From the NCBI GenBank assembly GCA_963749075.1, contig CAVVLJ010000017.1, positions 672,001-736,000 on the forward strand: a DNA stretch of 64,000 bases. Reading direction: 5' to 3'. Made by a program: the position numbers and the translations under genes. Positions within the stretch are counted from its first letter, which is position 1, and the number at the start of each line of letters is the position of its first letter. Positions 50,876 through 60,752 of this stretch are shown here, piece after piece. The notes under the pieces are model-generated. The model was not told the origin of the DNA, searched no databases, and was given only the letters and a program-made list of their open reading frames with translations. This DNA comes from an uncultured Pseudomonadota bacterium (GTDB taxonomy: Bacteria; Pseudomonadota; Alphaproteobacteria; JACZXZ01).

Positions 50876-52138
50876 GTGAAGCGCTCCTATCTCGCCTTGC
50901 TGATATTTGCCGCGGCCTGCTGCAGCGCTCCGGCTCGGGCCCAAGACGACGTGCAGCGCATCGCCGCGGTGGTGAACGACCAGGTCGTCTCCAACTTCGA
51001 CCTGGCGGGGCGCATCCGCCTCACCATCGTCTCCTCCGGGCTCCAGGATTCGCCCGAGATCCGCGCGCGCCTGACGCCGCAGATCCTGCGCACGCTGATC
51101 GACGAGGCGCTCGAGGTGGAGGAGGCCAAGCGCCTCAACATCACCGTGGGCACCGCCGATATCCAACAGGCCTTGACCCGCATCGCCAAGCAGAACGACA
51201 TGACGGACAACCAGTTCTCGGACTTCCTCAAGCAGGAAGGCATACCGCTCTCGACCGTCGTGTCGCAGGTCCGCGCGGGTATCTCGTGGAGCAAGATCGT
51301 CGCCGAGAAGATCCGCCCGACCATCGAGATCGGCGACGACCAGGTCGAGGACTATCTCGCCCGTCTCAAGGCCGACAAGGACAAGCCCGAGTTCCGCCTG
51401 CAGGAGATCTTCCTCTCCGTCGACTCGCCGCAGCAGGAGGACGAGGTGCGGCGCACGGCCGAGCGCCTTGCCGAGCAAATCAAGCGCGGCGCCAACTTCA
51501 CCGCCGTCGCCCGCCAATTCTCCCAGAGCGCCACCGCCGCGGTCGGCGGCGATCTCGGCTGGGTCGAGGAGGGGGCACTCGAGCCCGAGATCCAGAAGGC
51601 CGTCGGCCAGCTCAAGGTCGGCGAGCTCTCGGCGCCCATCCGCACGGTCACCGGCTTTCACCTGATTCTCCTGCGCGACAAGCGGCAGAGCTCCAGCGTC
51701 TTGCCCGACAACACCATGCTCAAGATCGAGCATCTCTTCATCCCGGGGCCGCCCAACGCCACGGAGGCGGATTTCGCGCCCTTGCGCTCGCTCGCCCAGA
51801 CGGTGTCGGACAATGCCGCCGACTGCAACGACTTCGCAGCGCTGCGCAAGCAGCTGCCGGACGCCAAGACGGTGATCCCCGAGACCATCCGGATGAGCGA
51901 GCTGGCGCCGGCGCTGCGCGCGGCCGCGACCAATCTCCCGGTCGGCAAGCCGAGCGCGCCGATCACGCTCAACAACGGCATCTTCGTCATGATGATCTGC
52001 TCGCGCGAGGGCGGCGAGGGCGGGCAGGCGAGCGCGGAAGAGGTGCGCAACCGTCTCGGGCGGGAGAAGCTCGAGCTCCTCACCCGGCGCTATCTGCGCG
52101 ACCTGCGGACGGCCGCTTTCATCGACATCCGCGCATGA
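50876..52138 (+). CDS. surA: SurA-type peptidyl-prolyl isomerase/chaperone
   Basis: Signal peptide, IAAVVND, LIDE.L, F..VARQFS...GGDLGWV, RRYLRDLR..A.ID.R. Confidence 0.88.
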   Translation: MKRSYLALLIFAAACCSAPARAQDDVQRIAAVVNDQVVSNFDLAGRIRLTIVSSGLQDSPEIRARLTPQILRTLIDEALEVEEAKRLNITVGTADIQQALTRIAKQNDMTDNQFSDFLKQEGIPLSTVVSQVRAGISWSKIVAEKIRPTIEIGDDQVEDYLARLKADKDKPEFRLQEIFLSVDSPQQEDEVRRTAERLAEQIKRGANFTAVARQFSQSATAAVGGDLGWVEEGALEPEIQKAVGQLKVGELSAPIRTVTGFHLILLRDKRQSSSVLPDNTMLKIEHLFIPGPPNATEADFAPLRSLAQTVSDNAADCNDFAALRKQLPDAKTVIPETIRMSELAPALRAAATNLPVGKPSAPITLNNGIFVMMICSREGGEGGQASAEEVRNRLGREKLELLTRRYLRDLRTAAFIDIRA

Positions 52139-53181
52139 GCGGGCCGTCCGCGCTGCCGCCCGTGGCGCTCACCATGGGCGAGCCGGCGGGGATCGGGGGC
52201 GAGCTCGCGCTCAAGGCCTGGATCGCGCGCGGCTCGGCGGCGCTGCCGCCGTTCTTCGCGATCGACGATCCGGAGCGGCTCGCGGCCATCGCCCGGAGCC
52301 TCAAGCTCGCGGTGCCGCTCGAGACCGTGGCCAACCCGGCCGAGGCGGCGCGCGTATTCGCGCATGCACTTCCCGTCGTCTCCGAGCGCCTGGTCAGGCC
52401 GGTCGCCCCGGGCCGACCGGAGGCCGCCAACGGGACGGCCGTCATCGCCTCGGTGCGCCGCGCGGTCGAGCTCACGCGCGCCGGGCGCGCTGCGGCCGTG
52501 GTCACCAGCCCGATCCACAAGAAGAGCCTCTACGACGCCGGCTTCCGCTATCCCGGACATACCGAGTTCCTCGCCTCGCTGGTGGAGGGAGCGCCGGTGC
52601 CGGTCATGATGCTCGCGGTGCCGGGCCTGCGCGTGATCCCGGTCACCGTCCACCTGCCGCTCGCCAAGGCGGTCGCGGCGCTCGAGCGGGGCGCCATCGT
52701 CCATTGCGGCAAGGTCGCGGCCGCAGCACTCAGGGAGAGCTTCGGCGTTGCCGAGCCGACGCTGGCGCTCGCCGGCCTCAATCCGCACGCGGGCGAGGCG
52801 GGCGAGCTCGGCCGCGAGGAGATCGAGATCATCGCACCCGCCGCCGAGGAGCTGCGCGCGGCGGGCATCCGCGTGCTCGGCCCGCTGCCGGCGGACACGC
52901 TCTTCCATCCGCGCGCCCGCCAGCGCTACGACGCCGCCCTCTGCATGTATCACGACCAGGCGCTCATCCCGCTCAAGACCGTCGATTTCGAGCACGGCGT
53001 GAACGTGACGCTCGGCCTTCCCTTCGTGCGCACCTCGCCCGACCACGGCACGGCGTTCGATATCGCGGGCAAAGGCGTTGCGAGCCCCTTGAGCCTCATC
53101 GCGGCGCTGGCGCTGGCGGGAGAAATGGCGCTCCGGCGCAGCGCTGGCCGGACAGGCGCCGCCAAGCGGGCCTTTGCCTGA
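52135..53181 (+). CDS. pdxA: 4-hydroxythreonine-4-phosphate dehydrogenase
   Basis: TMGEPAGIG, PGHTEFL, GLNPHAGE, MYHDQ, RTSPDHGTAFDIAG. Confidence 0.96.
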   Translation: MSGPSALPPVALTMGEPAGIGGELALKAWIARGSAALPPFFAIDDPERLAAIARSLKLAVPLETVANPAEAARVFAHALPVVSERLVRPVAPGRPEAANGTAVIASVRRAVELTRAGRAAAVVTSPIHKKSLYDAGFRYPGHTEFLASLVEGAPVPVMMLAVPGLRVIPVTVHLPLAKAVAALERGAIVHCGKVAAAALRESFGVAEPTLALAGLNPHAGEAGELGREEIEIIAPAAEELRAAGIRVLGPLPADTLFHPRARQRYDAALCMYHDQALIPLKTVDFEHGVNVTLGLPFVRTSPDHGTAFDIAGKGVASPLSLIAALALAGEMALRRSAGRTGAAKRAFA

Positions 53182-54025
53182 GGCCGAGCCGCGGCTTGAG
53201 CCGCTCCGCGCGCTCATCGCGCGCCACGGCCTTCAGGCGCGGCGCTCGCTCGGCCAGCACTTTCTCCTCGACCTCAACCTCACGCGGCGCATCGCGCGCG
53301 CGGCCGGACCGCTCGGCCAGGGCACCACGATCGAGATCGGCCCCGGCCCCGGCGGGCTTACGCGCGCGCTCCTCGAGCTCGGCGCCGCGCGCGTGATCGC
53401 GATCGAGCGCGACGCGCGCGCGGTGGCCGCCTTGGGCGAGCTTGCCGAGGCCTATCCCGACCGGCTCGAGGTCATCGCAGGCGACGCGCTCGCCATCGAC
53501 GCGGCAAGCCTCGGAGCGCCGCCGCGCCGCATCGTCGCCAACCTCCCCTACAACATCGCGACGGCGCTCCTGCTGCGCTGGCTTCAGCGGTGCGACGCCT
53601 TCGCGGGCTTCACCCTCATGTTCCAGCGCGAGGTAGCCCTCCGTCTCGCGGCCTCGCCGCGCAGCAAGGACTACGGCCGCCTCAGCATCATCACGGGCTG
53701 GCTTTGCGAGGTGGAGCTCCTCTTCAACGTCGCCAGGGAGGCCTTCGTGCCGCCGCCCAAGGTGCTCTCGACCGTGGTGCGGCTCAAGCCGCGGCCGGTG
53801 CCCCTGGCAGAGGCGGAGCGCACAGCACTCGAGGCGGTGACCGCCGCCGCCTTCGGCCAGCGCCGCAAGATGCTGCGCACCAGCCTCAAGCCGCTCGGCG
53901 TCGATGTCGAGCAATTGCTCGCGCGCGCGCGCGTGGCGCCCACCGCGCGCGCCGAGGAGATCGCCATAGAGGGCTTCTGCGCCCTCGCCCGCACCTACGC
54001 GGAGCTCAGGGACCAGTGCGGTTGA
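53174..54025 (+). CDS. rsmA: 16S rRNA dimethyladenosine transferase
   Basis: LGQHFL, EIGPGPG, ANLPYNI, MFQREVA, PPPKV.S, QRRKMLR. Confidence 0.96.
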   Translation: MPEAEPRLEPLRALIARHGLQARRSLGQHFLLDLNLTRRIARAAGPLGQGTTIEIGPGPGGLTRALLELGAARVIAIERDARAVAALGELAEAYPDRLEVIAGDALAIDAASLGAPPRRIVANLPYNIATALLLRWLQRCDAFAGFTLMFQREVALRLAASPRSKDYGRLSIITGWLCEVELLFNVAREAFVPPPKVLSTVVRLKPRPVPLAEAERTALEAVTAAAFGQRRKMLRTSLKPLGVDVEQLLARARVAPTARAEEIAIEGFCALARTYAELRDQCG

Positions 54026-54056
54026 GCGAGCCGGCGACACGGCGGGGACGTGCCGG

Positions 54057-54695
54057 CTATTGCGCCTGCCGCAAGCCCTGCACGAAGTCGACGAGGCCGG
54101 TCTGGCGCGCCCGGCGCAGGCGCTCGGCGACCAGGATGGCCCGCGCCTTGGCGACGCTCTCCGCGAGCTCGCGGTTGACGATGATGTAGTCGTACTCGGG
54201 CCAGTGGCTCATCTCGTCGGCGGCCTTCGCCATGCGCGCGGCCACCACCGCGGCGCTGTCCTGGGCGCGGCTCCGCAAGCGGCGCTCGAGCTCGGCGGTC
54301 GAGGGCGGCAGGATGAAGACGCTCACGAGATCGTCGCGCGCACTCTGGGCGAGCTGCTGGGTGCCCTGCCAGTCGATGTCGAAAAGCACGTCGGCACCGG
54401 CCGCGAGCGCCGCCTCGACCGGCGCGCGCGGCGTGCCGTAAGCGTGGCCGAAGACTTGCGCATGCTCGAGGAGCTCGCCGCTGAGCGCCATCTCGGCGAA
54501 GCTGGCCGCATCGACGAAGCGGTAGTCGACGCCCTCCACCTCGCCGTTGCGGCGCGGCCGGGTGGTGACCGAGACGGACATGGTGAGGTTGGGCTCGCGC
54601 TTGAGGAGCTCGCGCGCGATCGAGGTCTTGCCAGCGCCCGAGGGCGAGGACAGCACCAGCATGAGGCCACGGCGCGCGATTTCCGGATCCGGCAT
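54057..54695 (-). CDS. gmk: Guanylate kinase
   Basis: SSPSGAGKT, TTR..R.GE..G.DY.F, YGT, DIDWQG, ILPPS. Confidence 0.97.
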   Translation of the reverse strand: MPDPEIARRGLMLVLSSPSGAGKTSIARELLKREPNLTMSVSVTTRPRRNGEVEGVDYRFVDAASFAEMALSGELLEHAQVFGHAYGTPRAPVEAALAAGADVLFDIDWQGTQQLAQSARDDLVSVFILPPSTAELERRLRSRAQDSAAVVAARMAKAADEMSHWPEYDYIIVNRELAESVAKARAILVAERLRRARQTGLVDFVQGLRQAQ

Positions 54696-54701
54696 GGCGG
54701 C

Positions 54702-55589
54702 TTATTCGATGTTCTGGACCTGCTCTCTCAGCTGCTCGATCGCCGCCTTCAAGGCAAGCCCGAGGCGGGTCAAGGCCACGTCCGAGGCCTTGGAGCAGAG
54801 CGTATTGGCCTCGCGGTTGAACTCCTGGCAAAGGAAATCGAGGCGGCGGCCGACGGCGTCGTGCGAGGCCAAGAGCTCGCGCGCGGCGATGATGTGCGCC
54901 TTGAGCCGGTCGAGCTCCTCGCGCACGTCACCCTTGGCCGCTATGAGCGCCGCCTCGGCCGCCAGGCGCTCCTCGGAGAGCTGCGGCTCGGCCGCGAGCA
55001 ATGCCGTCACTTGCTCCTTGACGCGCGCCGCGAGTGCCGCGGGGCTCGCGGCCGGCAGCGCCTCGGCCTCGCCCACGAGCCGCGCCACCTCGTCGAGATG
55101 GCCGGCGAGCGCTGCGGCGAGGAGCGACCCCTCGGCCGCGCGCGCGTGGACGAGCGCCTGCAGCGCTTCCGCGAAGCTCGCCATCATCTGGGCGCTGCGG
55201 CGCTCGATCGCCTCCTCGCCCTCGCCCTCTTCGGCCTCGACGACGACGCCGCGCACGGCGAGCAGCGCATCGAGGCGCGCCGGGCCGGGCGCGATGCTGC
55301 CGGGAAACTCCTCGTGGAGGGCGATGAGCTGGCGGATGAGCTCGCGGTTGATGCGCCAGGCGGCACCGGCGCCGGCGCGGCTCAGCTGGAGCGAGGCCGT
55401 CACGTTGCCGCGCTTCAAATGCCGGCTCGCCAGCCCGCGCGCCAGCACCTCTAGGCGATCGAAGCCGGGCGGCAGACGGAAGCGGAGCTCGAGGCTGCGG
55501 CCGTTGACGCTCCTGACCTCCCAGGTCCAGCTCAGCCCTACCTCGTGGCCGCTCGCGCGCGCATAGCCGGTCATGCTGGAAATGGACAC
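54702..55589 (-). CDS. yicC: YicC/YloC family endoribonuclease
   Basis: SMTGYA, RSVN, DVREELDRL, GRRLDFL.QE.NREANT..SK, REQVQNIE. Confidence 0.94.
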   Translation of the reverse strand: MSISSMTGYARASGHEVGLSWTWEVRSVNGRSLELRFRLPPGFDRLEVLARGLASRHLKRGNVTASLQLSRAGAGAAWRINRELIRQLIALHEEFPGSIAPGPARLDALLAVRGVVVEAEEGEGEEAIERRSAQMMASFAEALQALVHARAAEGSLLAAALAGHLDEVARLVGEAEALPAASPAALAARVKEQVTALLAAEPQLSEERLAAEAALIAAKGDVREELDRLKAHIIAARELLASHDAVGRRLDFLCQEFNREANTLCSKASDVALTRLGLALKAAIEQLREQVQNIE

Positions 55590-55659
55590 GAGGCCCCTTT
55601 AACTTGTGGAGGATGCCGGGCGGCGCCCACTATATCTGGCAGGCCGAAGGGCAACAAGC

Positions 55660-56421
55660 ATGACGGCACCGCGCCACATCCTGATCACCGGCGCCAGCAG
55701 CGGGCTCGGCGAGGCCCTGGCGCTCGCCTACGCCGAGCCGGGGATGCGCCTCTCGCTCTCAGGGCGCGACGGACCGCGCCTCGCGGGCGTCGCGGCGGCC
55801 TGCAGCGCCAAGGGGGCCGCGGTCGAGGCGGTGCAGCTCGACGTGAGCGATGCCGCGGCCATGGCCGCCTGGATCGCCGCCGCGGACGCGGCGCTGCCGC
55901 TCGATCTGGCGATCGCCAACGCCGGCATCTCGCACGCCAGCGGCGAGGGCAGCGCGCGCGCCGCCCGGGTACGGCAGATCTTCGCCGTCAACCTCGATGG
56001 CGCGATCAACACGCTCGAGCCGGCGATCGCCCTGATGGCGCCGCGGCGGCAGGGGCAGCTCGCCGTCATGAGCTCGCTCGCCGGCTTCCGCGGCATGCCG
56101 GGTGCGGACGCCTATTCGGCGAGCAAGGCGGCGGTCAAGGCCTATGGCGAGGCGCTCCGCGGCAGCCTGGCGCCGCTCGGCATCGCCGTATCGGTGATCT
56201 GTCCCGGCTTTGTTGAGAGCCGCATGACGGAGGGCAACGCGTTTCCCATGCCGCTCCTCATGGAGGCCCCGCGGGCAGCTGCCATCATCAAGCGCGGACT
56301 CGCGCGCAACAAAGCGCGCATCGCCTTTCCCTGGCGCCTCTATGCCGCGGTCTGGCTCCTCGCGGCCCTGCCGCCCGCCCTCACCGACCGCCTCCTCGCG
56401 CGCCTGCCTCGGAAGACGTAG
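55660..56421 (+). CDS. SDR family oxidoreductase
   Basis: TGASSGLG, ANAG, YSASK, CPGFV. Confidence 0.9.
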   Translation: MTAPRHILITGASSGLGEALALAYAEPGMRLSLSGRDGPRLAGVAAACSAKGAAVEAVQLDVSDAAAMAAWIAAADAALPLDLAIANAGISHASGEGSARAARVRQIFAVNLDGAINTLEPAIALMAPRRQGQLAVMSSLAGFRGMPGADAYSASKAAVKAYGEALRGSLAPLGIAVSVICPGFVESRMTEGNAFPMPLLMEAPRAAAIIKRGLARNKARIAFPWRLYAAVWLLAALPPALTDRLLARLPRKT

Positions 56422-56450
56422 AGTGGTGCTCCGCCTGCGCCGGAGCCGCA

Positions 56451-56733
56451 TCAGGCCGCTCGTCGTTTCCGTCGATATTGCTGCTCGGCGTCCCACGCAT
56501 CGAGAGCGGCCTGCAGATTGACCCAGAGCGCGGTGCTCGTACCGAGCGCAAGCGCCAGGCGCGCCGCCACGTCCGGTGTCACCCTCACCTTGCCGTTGAC
56601 GATGCCGCTCAGATGCTTGCGCGAGAACGTCCAGATCGCGCGCCAGGCCGCTCACCGTGAGGCCGCGCTCCGCCATGAATTCCTCGCGGAGGATCACGCC
56701 CGGTGCGGTCGGCCGTCGCTTGCGCTTGAACAT
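56451..56733 (-). CDS. higA: HigA-type antitoxin with one +1 frameshift at about 56626 (possible sequencing error)
   Basis: PG.IL.EEF....LT...LA..L then, after removing one base, SRKHLSGIVNGK..VTPD.A.RL..ALGTS..LW.NLQ...D.W; span is 3n+1. Confidence 0.85.
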
Positions 56734-56806
56734 CGCTCCATCGTACTCGCGCCATGATCAGGGTCCGCGCGAACAGTCGGCGCAAGACTGCCAGCTCGGC
56801 TCAACA

Positions 56807-57082
56807 TCAGTGATAATCCTCAAAATTCACGTCATATGCCTCACTCTTATCGAACCGGAAAGTCAGGCGCCAGTTGCGCGTGATCGTCCAGGCCGCCGAA
56901 CCTTCGCGACCTCCCTTTAGACGATGATACCCGGACACCTGCAAGTCCTTCTCACTCGACGCTTTGTCCAACAAATCCAGCAGTCGGTCGATCTTGTCTA
57001 CATACCTTGCCGGCAATCCCTTCACCGTCCCGCTCACGAATAATTTCTCAAGCCGCTTGTCCGCGAAGCTCCTTATCGACAT
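56807..57082 (-). CDS. higB: HigB-type (RelE/ParE superfamily) toxin
   Basis: I.SF..K.L..LF, H.LKG.R.G, I..NWRLTF.F, EDYH terminus; toxin upstream of the antitoxin. Confidence 0.9.
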   Translation of the reverse strand: MSIRSFADKRLEKLFVSGTVKGLPARYVDKIDRLLDLLDKASSEKDLQVSGYHRLKGGREGSAAWTITRNWRLTFRFDKSEAYDVNFEDYH

Positions 57083-57202
57083 TGTACAATTCCTTGTTGC
57101 GCCAGCTGAGGCGCTTTTGCATAGCCATCTTCCTTTCAGATTAGTTTTCAGAATAGTTCGTCAATCACCTGTCGCCGCCCGGTGAGAAATTCTCTCTCCG
57201 GT

Positions 57203-57231
57203 CCCATAGCCTGTCACCAAATTGGTGTCAA
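57203..57231 (-). promoter_or_regulatory. higBA promoter with palindromic operator
   Basis: Minus strand TTGACA, 17 nt, TATGGG (preceded by GC); palindrome CACCAA-T-TTGGTG overlaps the -35 and spacer. Confidence 0.6.
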
Positions 57232-57252
57232 GCGGAACTGACGACCGACACG

Positions 57253-58245
57253 CTACTCCGGCTTCTCCGCGGGCGCGGCGCTCTGCGCCTGGCGCAGCTT
57301 GGCCACGTTGCGGTTGTGCTCGGCGAGCGTCTTGGCGAAGACGTGGCCGCCCGAGCCGTCGGCCACGAAATAGAGCTCGCCGCTCTCGGCCGGATGGAGG
57401 ACCGCCGTGATGGAGGCCTTGCCCGGATTGTCGATCGGGCCGGGCGGCAGGCCCTCCACGAGGTAGGTGTTGTAGGGGCTCGCGGTCTCGAGGTCGGCGT
57501 GGCTCAACGCGCGGCCGAGAGCGCCCTTCCCCCGGGTGAGCGCATAGACCACGGTCGGATCGGCCTGGAGCCGCATGTGGCGGCGCAGGCGATTGAGGAA
57601 CACGGCGGCGACGCGCGGGCGCTCCTCCGGCTTGGCGGTCTCCTTCTCGACGATCGACGCGAGCACCAGCGCCTCCTCCGGCGAGTCGAGCGGCAGGTCC
57701 GGGGCACGGTCCTTCCACAGGGCATCGAGGGTCTCGCGCATGGCCTTCTCCATGCGCGCGACGAGCGCCTCGCGTCCGTCGCCCCATGAGAAGTTGTAGG
57801 TCTCCGGAAGCAGGCTGCCCTCGCGCGGCGCAGCAGGCAGGGTGCCCTCGAGGCCATCCGTGCGCCCGATTTCCTCGAGCACCTGGGCGCTGGTGAGGCC
57901 CTCGGCCACGGTGAGCCGGCGCACGACCGGCTTGGCGTACATCAGGACCGCCATGGCGTCGGCCGCACTGGCGTGGGCGGGAAACTCGTACTCGCCGGCG
58001 CGGAGCGCTCGATGGTTGCTCAAGAGATGCACGCCGATGGCGAAGACGTAGGGCTCGCTGAGGACGCCGCCCTCCGTGAGACGCCTGCCGATGGCCTCGA
58101 CGTTGAGCCCCTTGGGGATGACGAGCGCCGTCGCATGGTCGAGCGGCCCGGGTGCGGTGAAGGCGCCGTAGCCCCAGTAGAGAAGCGCCAGGGCCAGCAG
58201 CGCCAGTGCCGAGAGCCCGGCGATCCAGCGGATGAGCCGACGCAT
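57253..58245 (-). CDS. mltG: Endolytic transglycosylase MltG
   Basis: AGEY.F, EG.LLPETY, LASIVEKET, NRL...M.LQADPT, SPYNTY...GLPPGPI.NPG, YFVADG.GGH.F. Confidence 0.95.
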   Translation of the reverse strand: MRRLIRWIAGLSALALLALALLYWGYGAFTAPGPLDHATALVIPKGLNVEAIGRRLTEGGVLSEPYVFAIGVHLLSNHRALRAGEYEFPAHASAADAMAVLMYAKPVVRRLTVAEGLTSAQVLEEIGRTDGLEGTLPAAPREGSLLPETYNFSWGDGREALVARMEKAMRETLDALWKDRAPDLPLDSPEEALVLASIVEKETAKPEERPRVAAVFLNRLRRHMRLQADPTVVYALTRGKGALGRALSHADLETASPYNTYLVEGLPPGPIDNPGKASITAVLHPAESGELYFVADGSGGHVFAKTLAEHNRNVAKLRQAQSAAPAEKPE

Positions 58246-58267
58246 GGCAGCGCGTCCCGCCCGGCAC

Positions 58268-59530
58268 TCAGGGTGCGGGGCCGAAAATCAGCGAGGCGTT
58301 GGTGCCGCCGAAGCCGAAGGAGTTGGAGAGCGCGAAGCGGATCGGCCGCTCCTTCGCCTGATGCGCCACCAGATCGATGTCGCATCCCTCGGACGGCTTG
58401 TCGAGATTGCGCGTCGGCGGCGCTATGCCGTCGCGCACGGCGAGCAGCGAGAAGATGGCCTCGACGCTGCCGGCCGCACCCAGGAGATGGCCGATGGCGG
58501 ACTTGGTCGACGACATGCTGAGCTTGTAGGCCTGCGCGCCGAAGAGGCGCTTGACCGCCGCAAGCTCGATCTCGTCGCCGAGCGGCGTCGAGGTGCCGTG
58601 CGCATTGATGTAATCGATCGCCTCGGGATCGAGCATGGCGCTCTTGAGCGCGTTGCGCATCGAGCGGAAAGCGCCGTTGCCGTCGGGCGCCGGGGCCGTG
58701 ATGTGATAGGCGTCGCCCGACATCCCGTAGCCGATCACCTCGCCGTAGATCTTGGCGCCGCGCTGCTTCGCGTGCTCGAGCTCCTCGAGCACGACGATAC
58801 CCGAACCCTCGCCCATCACGAAGCCGTCGCGGTCCTGGTCCCACGGGCGCGAGGCGGCGGGCGGGTTGTCGTTGAAGGAGGTCGAGAGAGCGCGCGCCGC
58901 GGCGAAGCCCGCGAGGCCGATGCGGCAGATGGCGGCCTCGGTGCCGCCCGCCACCATCACGTCGGCGTCGTCGAGCCGGATCAATCGCGCGGCATCGCCG
59001 ATGGCGTGCGCCCCCGTCGAGCAGGCGGTCACCACGGCGTGGTTCGGCCCCTTGAAGCCGTAGCGGATCGAGACGTGGCCCGAGGCGAGATTGATGAGGC
59101 AGGAGGGGATGAAGAAGGGGCTGAGCCGCCGCGTGCCCTTCTCCTTGATGAGGAGCGCGCCGTCCGCGATGCCCTCGAGCCCGCCGATGCCGGAGCCGAT
59201 CATGACGCCGGTGCGCTCCTGGCCCTCGGCGTCGGCCGGCTTCCAGCCGGAATCCTCGACGGCCTGAACCGCGGCCGCCATGGCAAAGAGGATGAAGGGC
59301 TCGACCTTGCGCTGATCCTTGGGCGGCATCCAGTCGTCCGCGTTGAAGAGGCCGGCCGCCGTCTCGCCCCGGGGCACCTGACCGGCGACCTTGCAGGGCA
59401 GGTCGGAGACGTCGAAGCTCTGGATCGCGCGGATGCCGGATTGGCCGGCGATCAGGCGCTGCCACACGGTCTCGCCGCCGCAGCCGAGCGGCGTAACCAT
59501 GCCCAGGCCGGTGACGACCACCCGTCTCAT
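58268..59530 (-). CDS. fabF: 3-oxoacyl-ACP synthase II
   Basis: RRVVVTGLG, TACSTGAHAIG, NAHGTST, GHLLGAAG, SNSFGFGGTN. Confidence 0.97.
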   Translation of the reverse strand: MRRVVVTGLGMVTPLGCGGETVWQRLIAGQSGIRAIQSFDVSDLPCKVAGQVPRGETAAGLFNADDWMPPKDQRKVEPFILFAMAAAVQAVEDSGWKPADAEGQERTGVMIGSGIGGLEGIADGALLIKEKGTRRLSPFFIPSCLINLASGHVSIRYGFKGPNHAVVTACSTGAHAIGDAARLIRLDDADVMVAGGTEAAICRIGLAGFAAARALSTSFNDNPPAASRPWDQDRDGFVMGEGSGIVVLEELEHAKQRGAKIYGEVIGYGMSGDAYHITAPAPDGNGAFRSMRNALKSAMLDPEAIDYINAHGTSTPLGDEIELAAVKRLFGAQAYKLSMSSTKSAIGHLLGAAGSVEAIFSLLAVRDGIAPPTRNLDKPSEGCDIDLVAHQAKERPIRFALSNSFGFGGTNASLIFGPAP

Positions 59531-59603
59531 GGGGACCTCCATTGCTCGCCTGCCCGGGCGGTGGCTGCCGTCCGAGAGGTGCCAGCTAGGCCGTCGCCCG
59601 GGA

Positions 59604-59837
59604 TCAGACGTGCTGCTCGATGAACTGGATCGCATCCTTGACGGTGACGATCTTCTCCGCCGCCTCGTCCGGTATCTCGCAGCCGAATTCCTCCTCGAAG
59701 GCCATCACGAGCTCGACCGTATCCAGGCTGTCGGCGCCCAGATCGTCGATGAAGCTGGCGCTCTCGATGACCTTGCCCTCGTCGACCCCGAGGTGTTCGA
59801 CGACGATCTTCTTCACGCGCTCGGCAACGTCACTCAT
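59604..59837 (-). CDS. acpP: Acyl carrier protein
   Basis: [20 protein letters not shown]. Confidence 0.98.
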   Translation of the reverse strand: MSDVAERVKKIVVEHLGVDEGKVIESASFIDDLGADSLDTVELVMAFEEEFGCEIPDEAAEKIVTVKDAIQFIEQHV

Positions 59838-59996
59838 GTTCTTGACCCTCGCAAACCGGGGAATCCCCTGACGGACCCGCGGATGTGAACCCTCCCCGCC
59901 CGCGCCCTTTGCCAGCAAGCTCGGGAACGAAAGCGGGGTTCTCTAACACATTTCCCGGGGGCTTGGCCAGCCGGCTTGCCGCCCTGGTCGGACCGC

Positions 59997-60734
59997 CTAG
60001 AACATGGCGAGACCGCCGTTTATGTGCAAAGTATGACCCGTGATATAGGCAGCCTCGTCGCTGGCAAGAAAGGCGATGGCCGCCGCCACTTCCTCGGGCC
60101 GGCCCAGGCGGCCGAGCGGCACGCGGGAGAGCACCAGCTCGCGCAGCTTGTCGCTCAAGACCTGCGTCATGGGCGTGTCGATGAAGCCGGGTGCGATGCA
60201 GTTGGCGGTGATGTTGCGCGGGGCCATCTCGGCGGCGAGCACCTTGGTGAGGCCAACGAGCCCGGCCTTGGCCGCGACGTAATTGGCCTGGCCCGGGTTT
60301 CCCGTGATACCGACGATCGAGCCCACGTTGACGATGCGGCCCCAGCGCCGGCGCATCATGCCGCGCAGCACCGCGCGCGCGAGGCGGAACGCCGCGGTCA
60401 GGTCGATGTCGATGACCTCCTGCCAGTCCTCGTCGCGCATGCGGGCGACGAGCCCGTCGCGCGTGACGCCTGCATTGTGCACGAGGATGTCGACCGAGCC
60501 CATGGCGGCCTCCGCCGCCTTGATCAGCGCCTCGATGGCGGCGGGATCCTCGAGCCGGCACGGCAGCGCCACCGCGCGGCCGCCGAGCTCGCCTGCCAAG
60601 CGCTCGAGCGCCTCCTGGCGCGTGCCGGAGACCGTCACCACCGCCCCCTGGGCCGAGAGCGCCTTGGCGATGGCATTGCCGATGCCGCCGGTGGCGCCGG
60701 TCACGAGTGCCGTCTTGCCGTTGAGATCGAACAA
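59997..60734 (-). CDS. fabG: 3-oxoacyl-ACP reductase
   Basis: TGATGGIG, NAGVTRD, GNPGQANY.AAKAG, APGFI.T; TTG start inferred (ORF track start 60749). Confidence 0.95.
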   Translation of the reverse strand: MFDLNGKTALVTGATGGIGNAIAKALSAQGAVVTVSGTRQEALERLAGELGGRAVALPCRLEDPAAIEALIKAAEAAMGSVDILVHNAGVTRDGLVARMRDEDWQEVIDIDLTAAFRLARAVLRGMMRRRWGRIVNVGSIVGITGNPGQANYVAAKAGLVGLTKVLAAEMAPRNITANCIAPGFIDTPMTQVLSDKLRELVLSRVPLGRLGRPEEVAAAIAFLASDEAAYITGHTLHINGGLAMF

Positions 60735-60752
60735 ACGCTGCTCCCGCAAATG

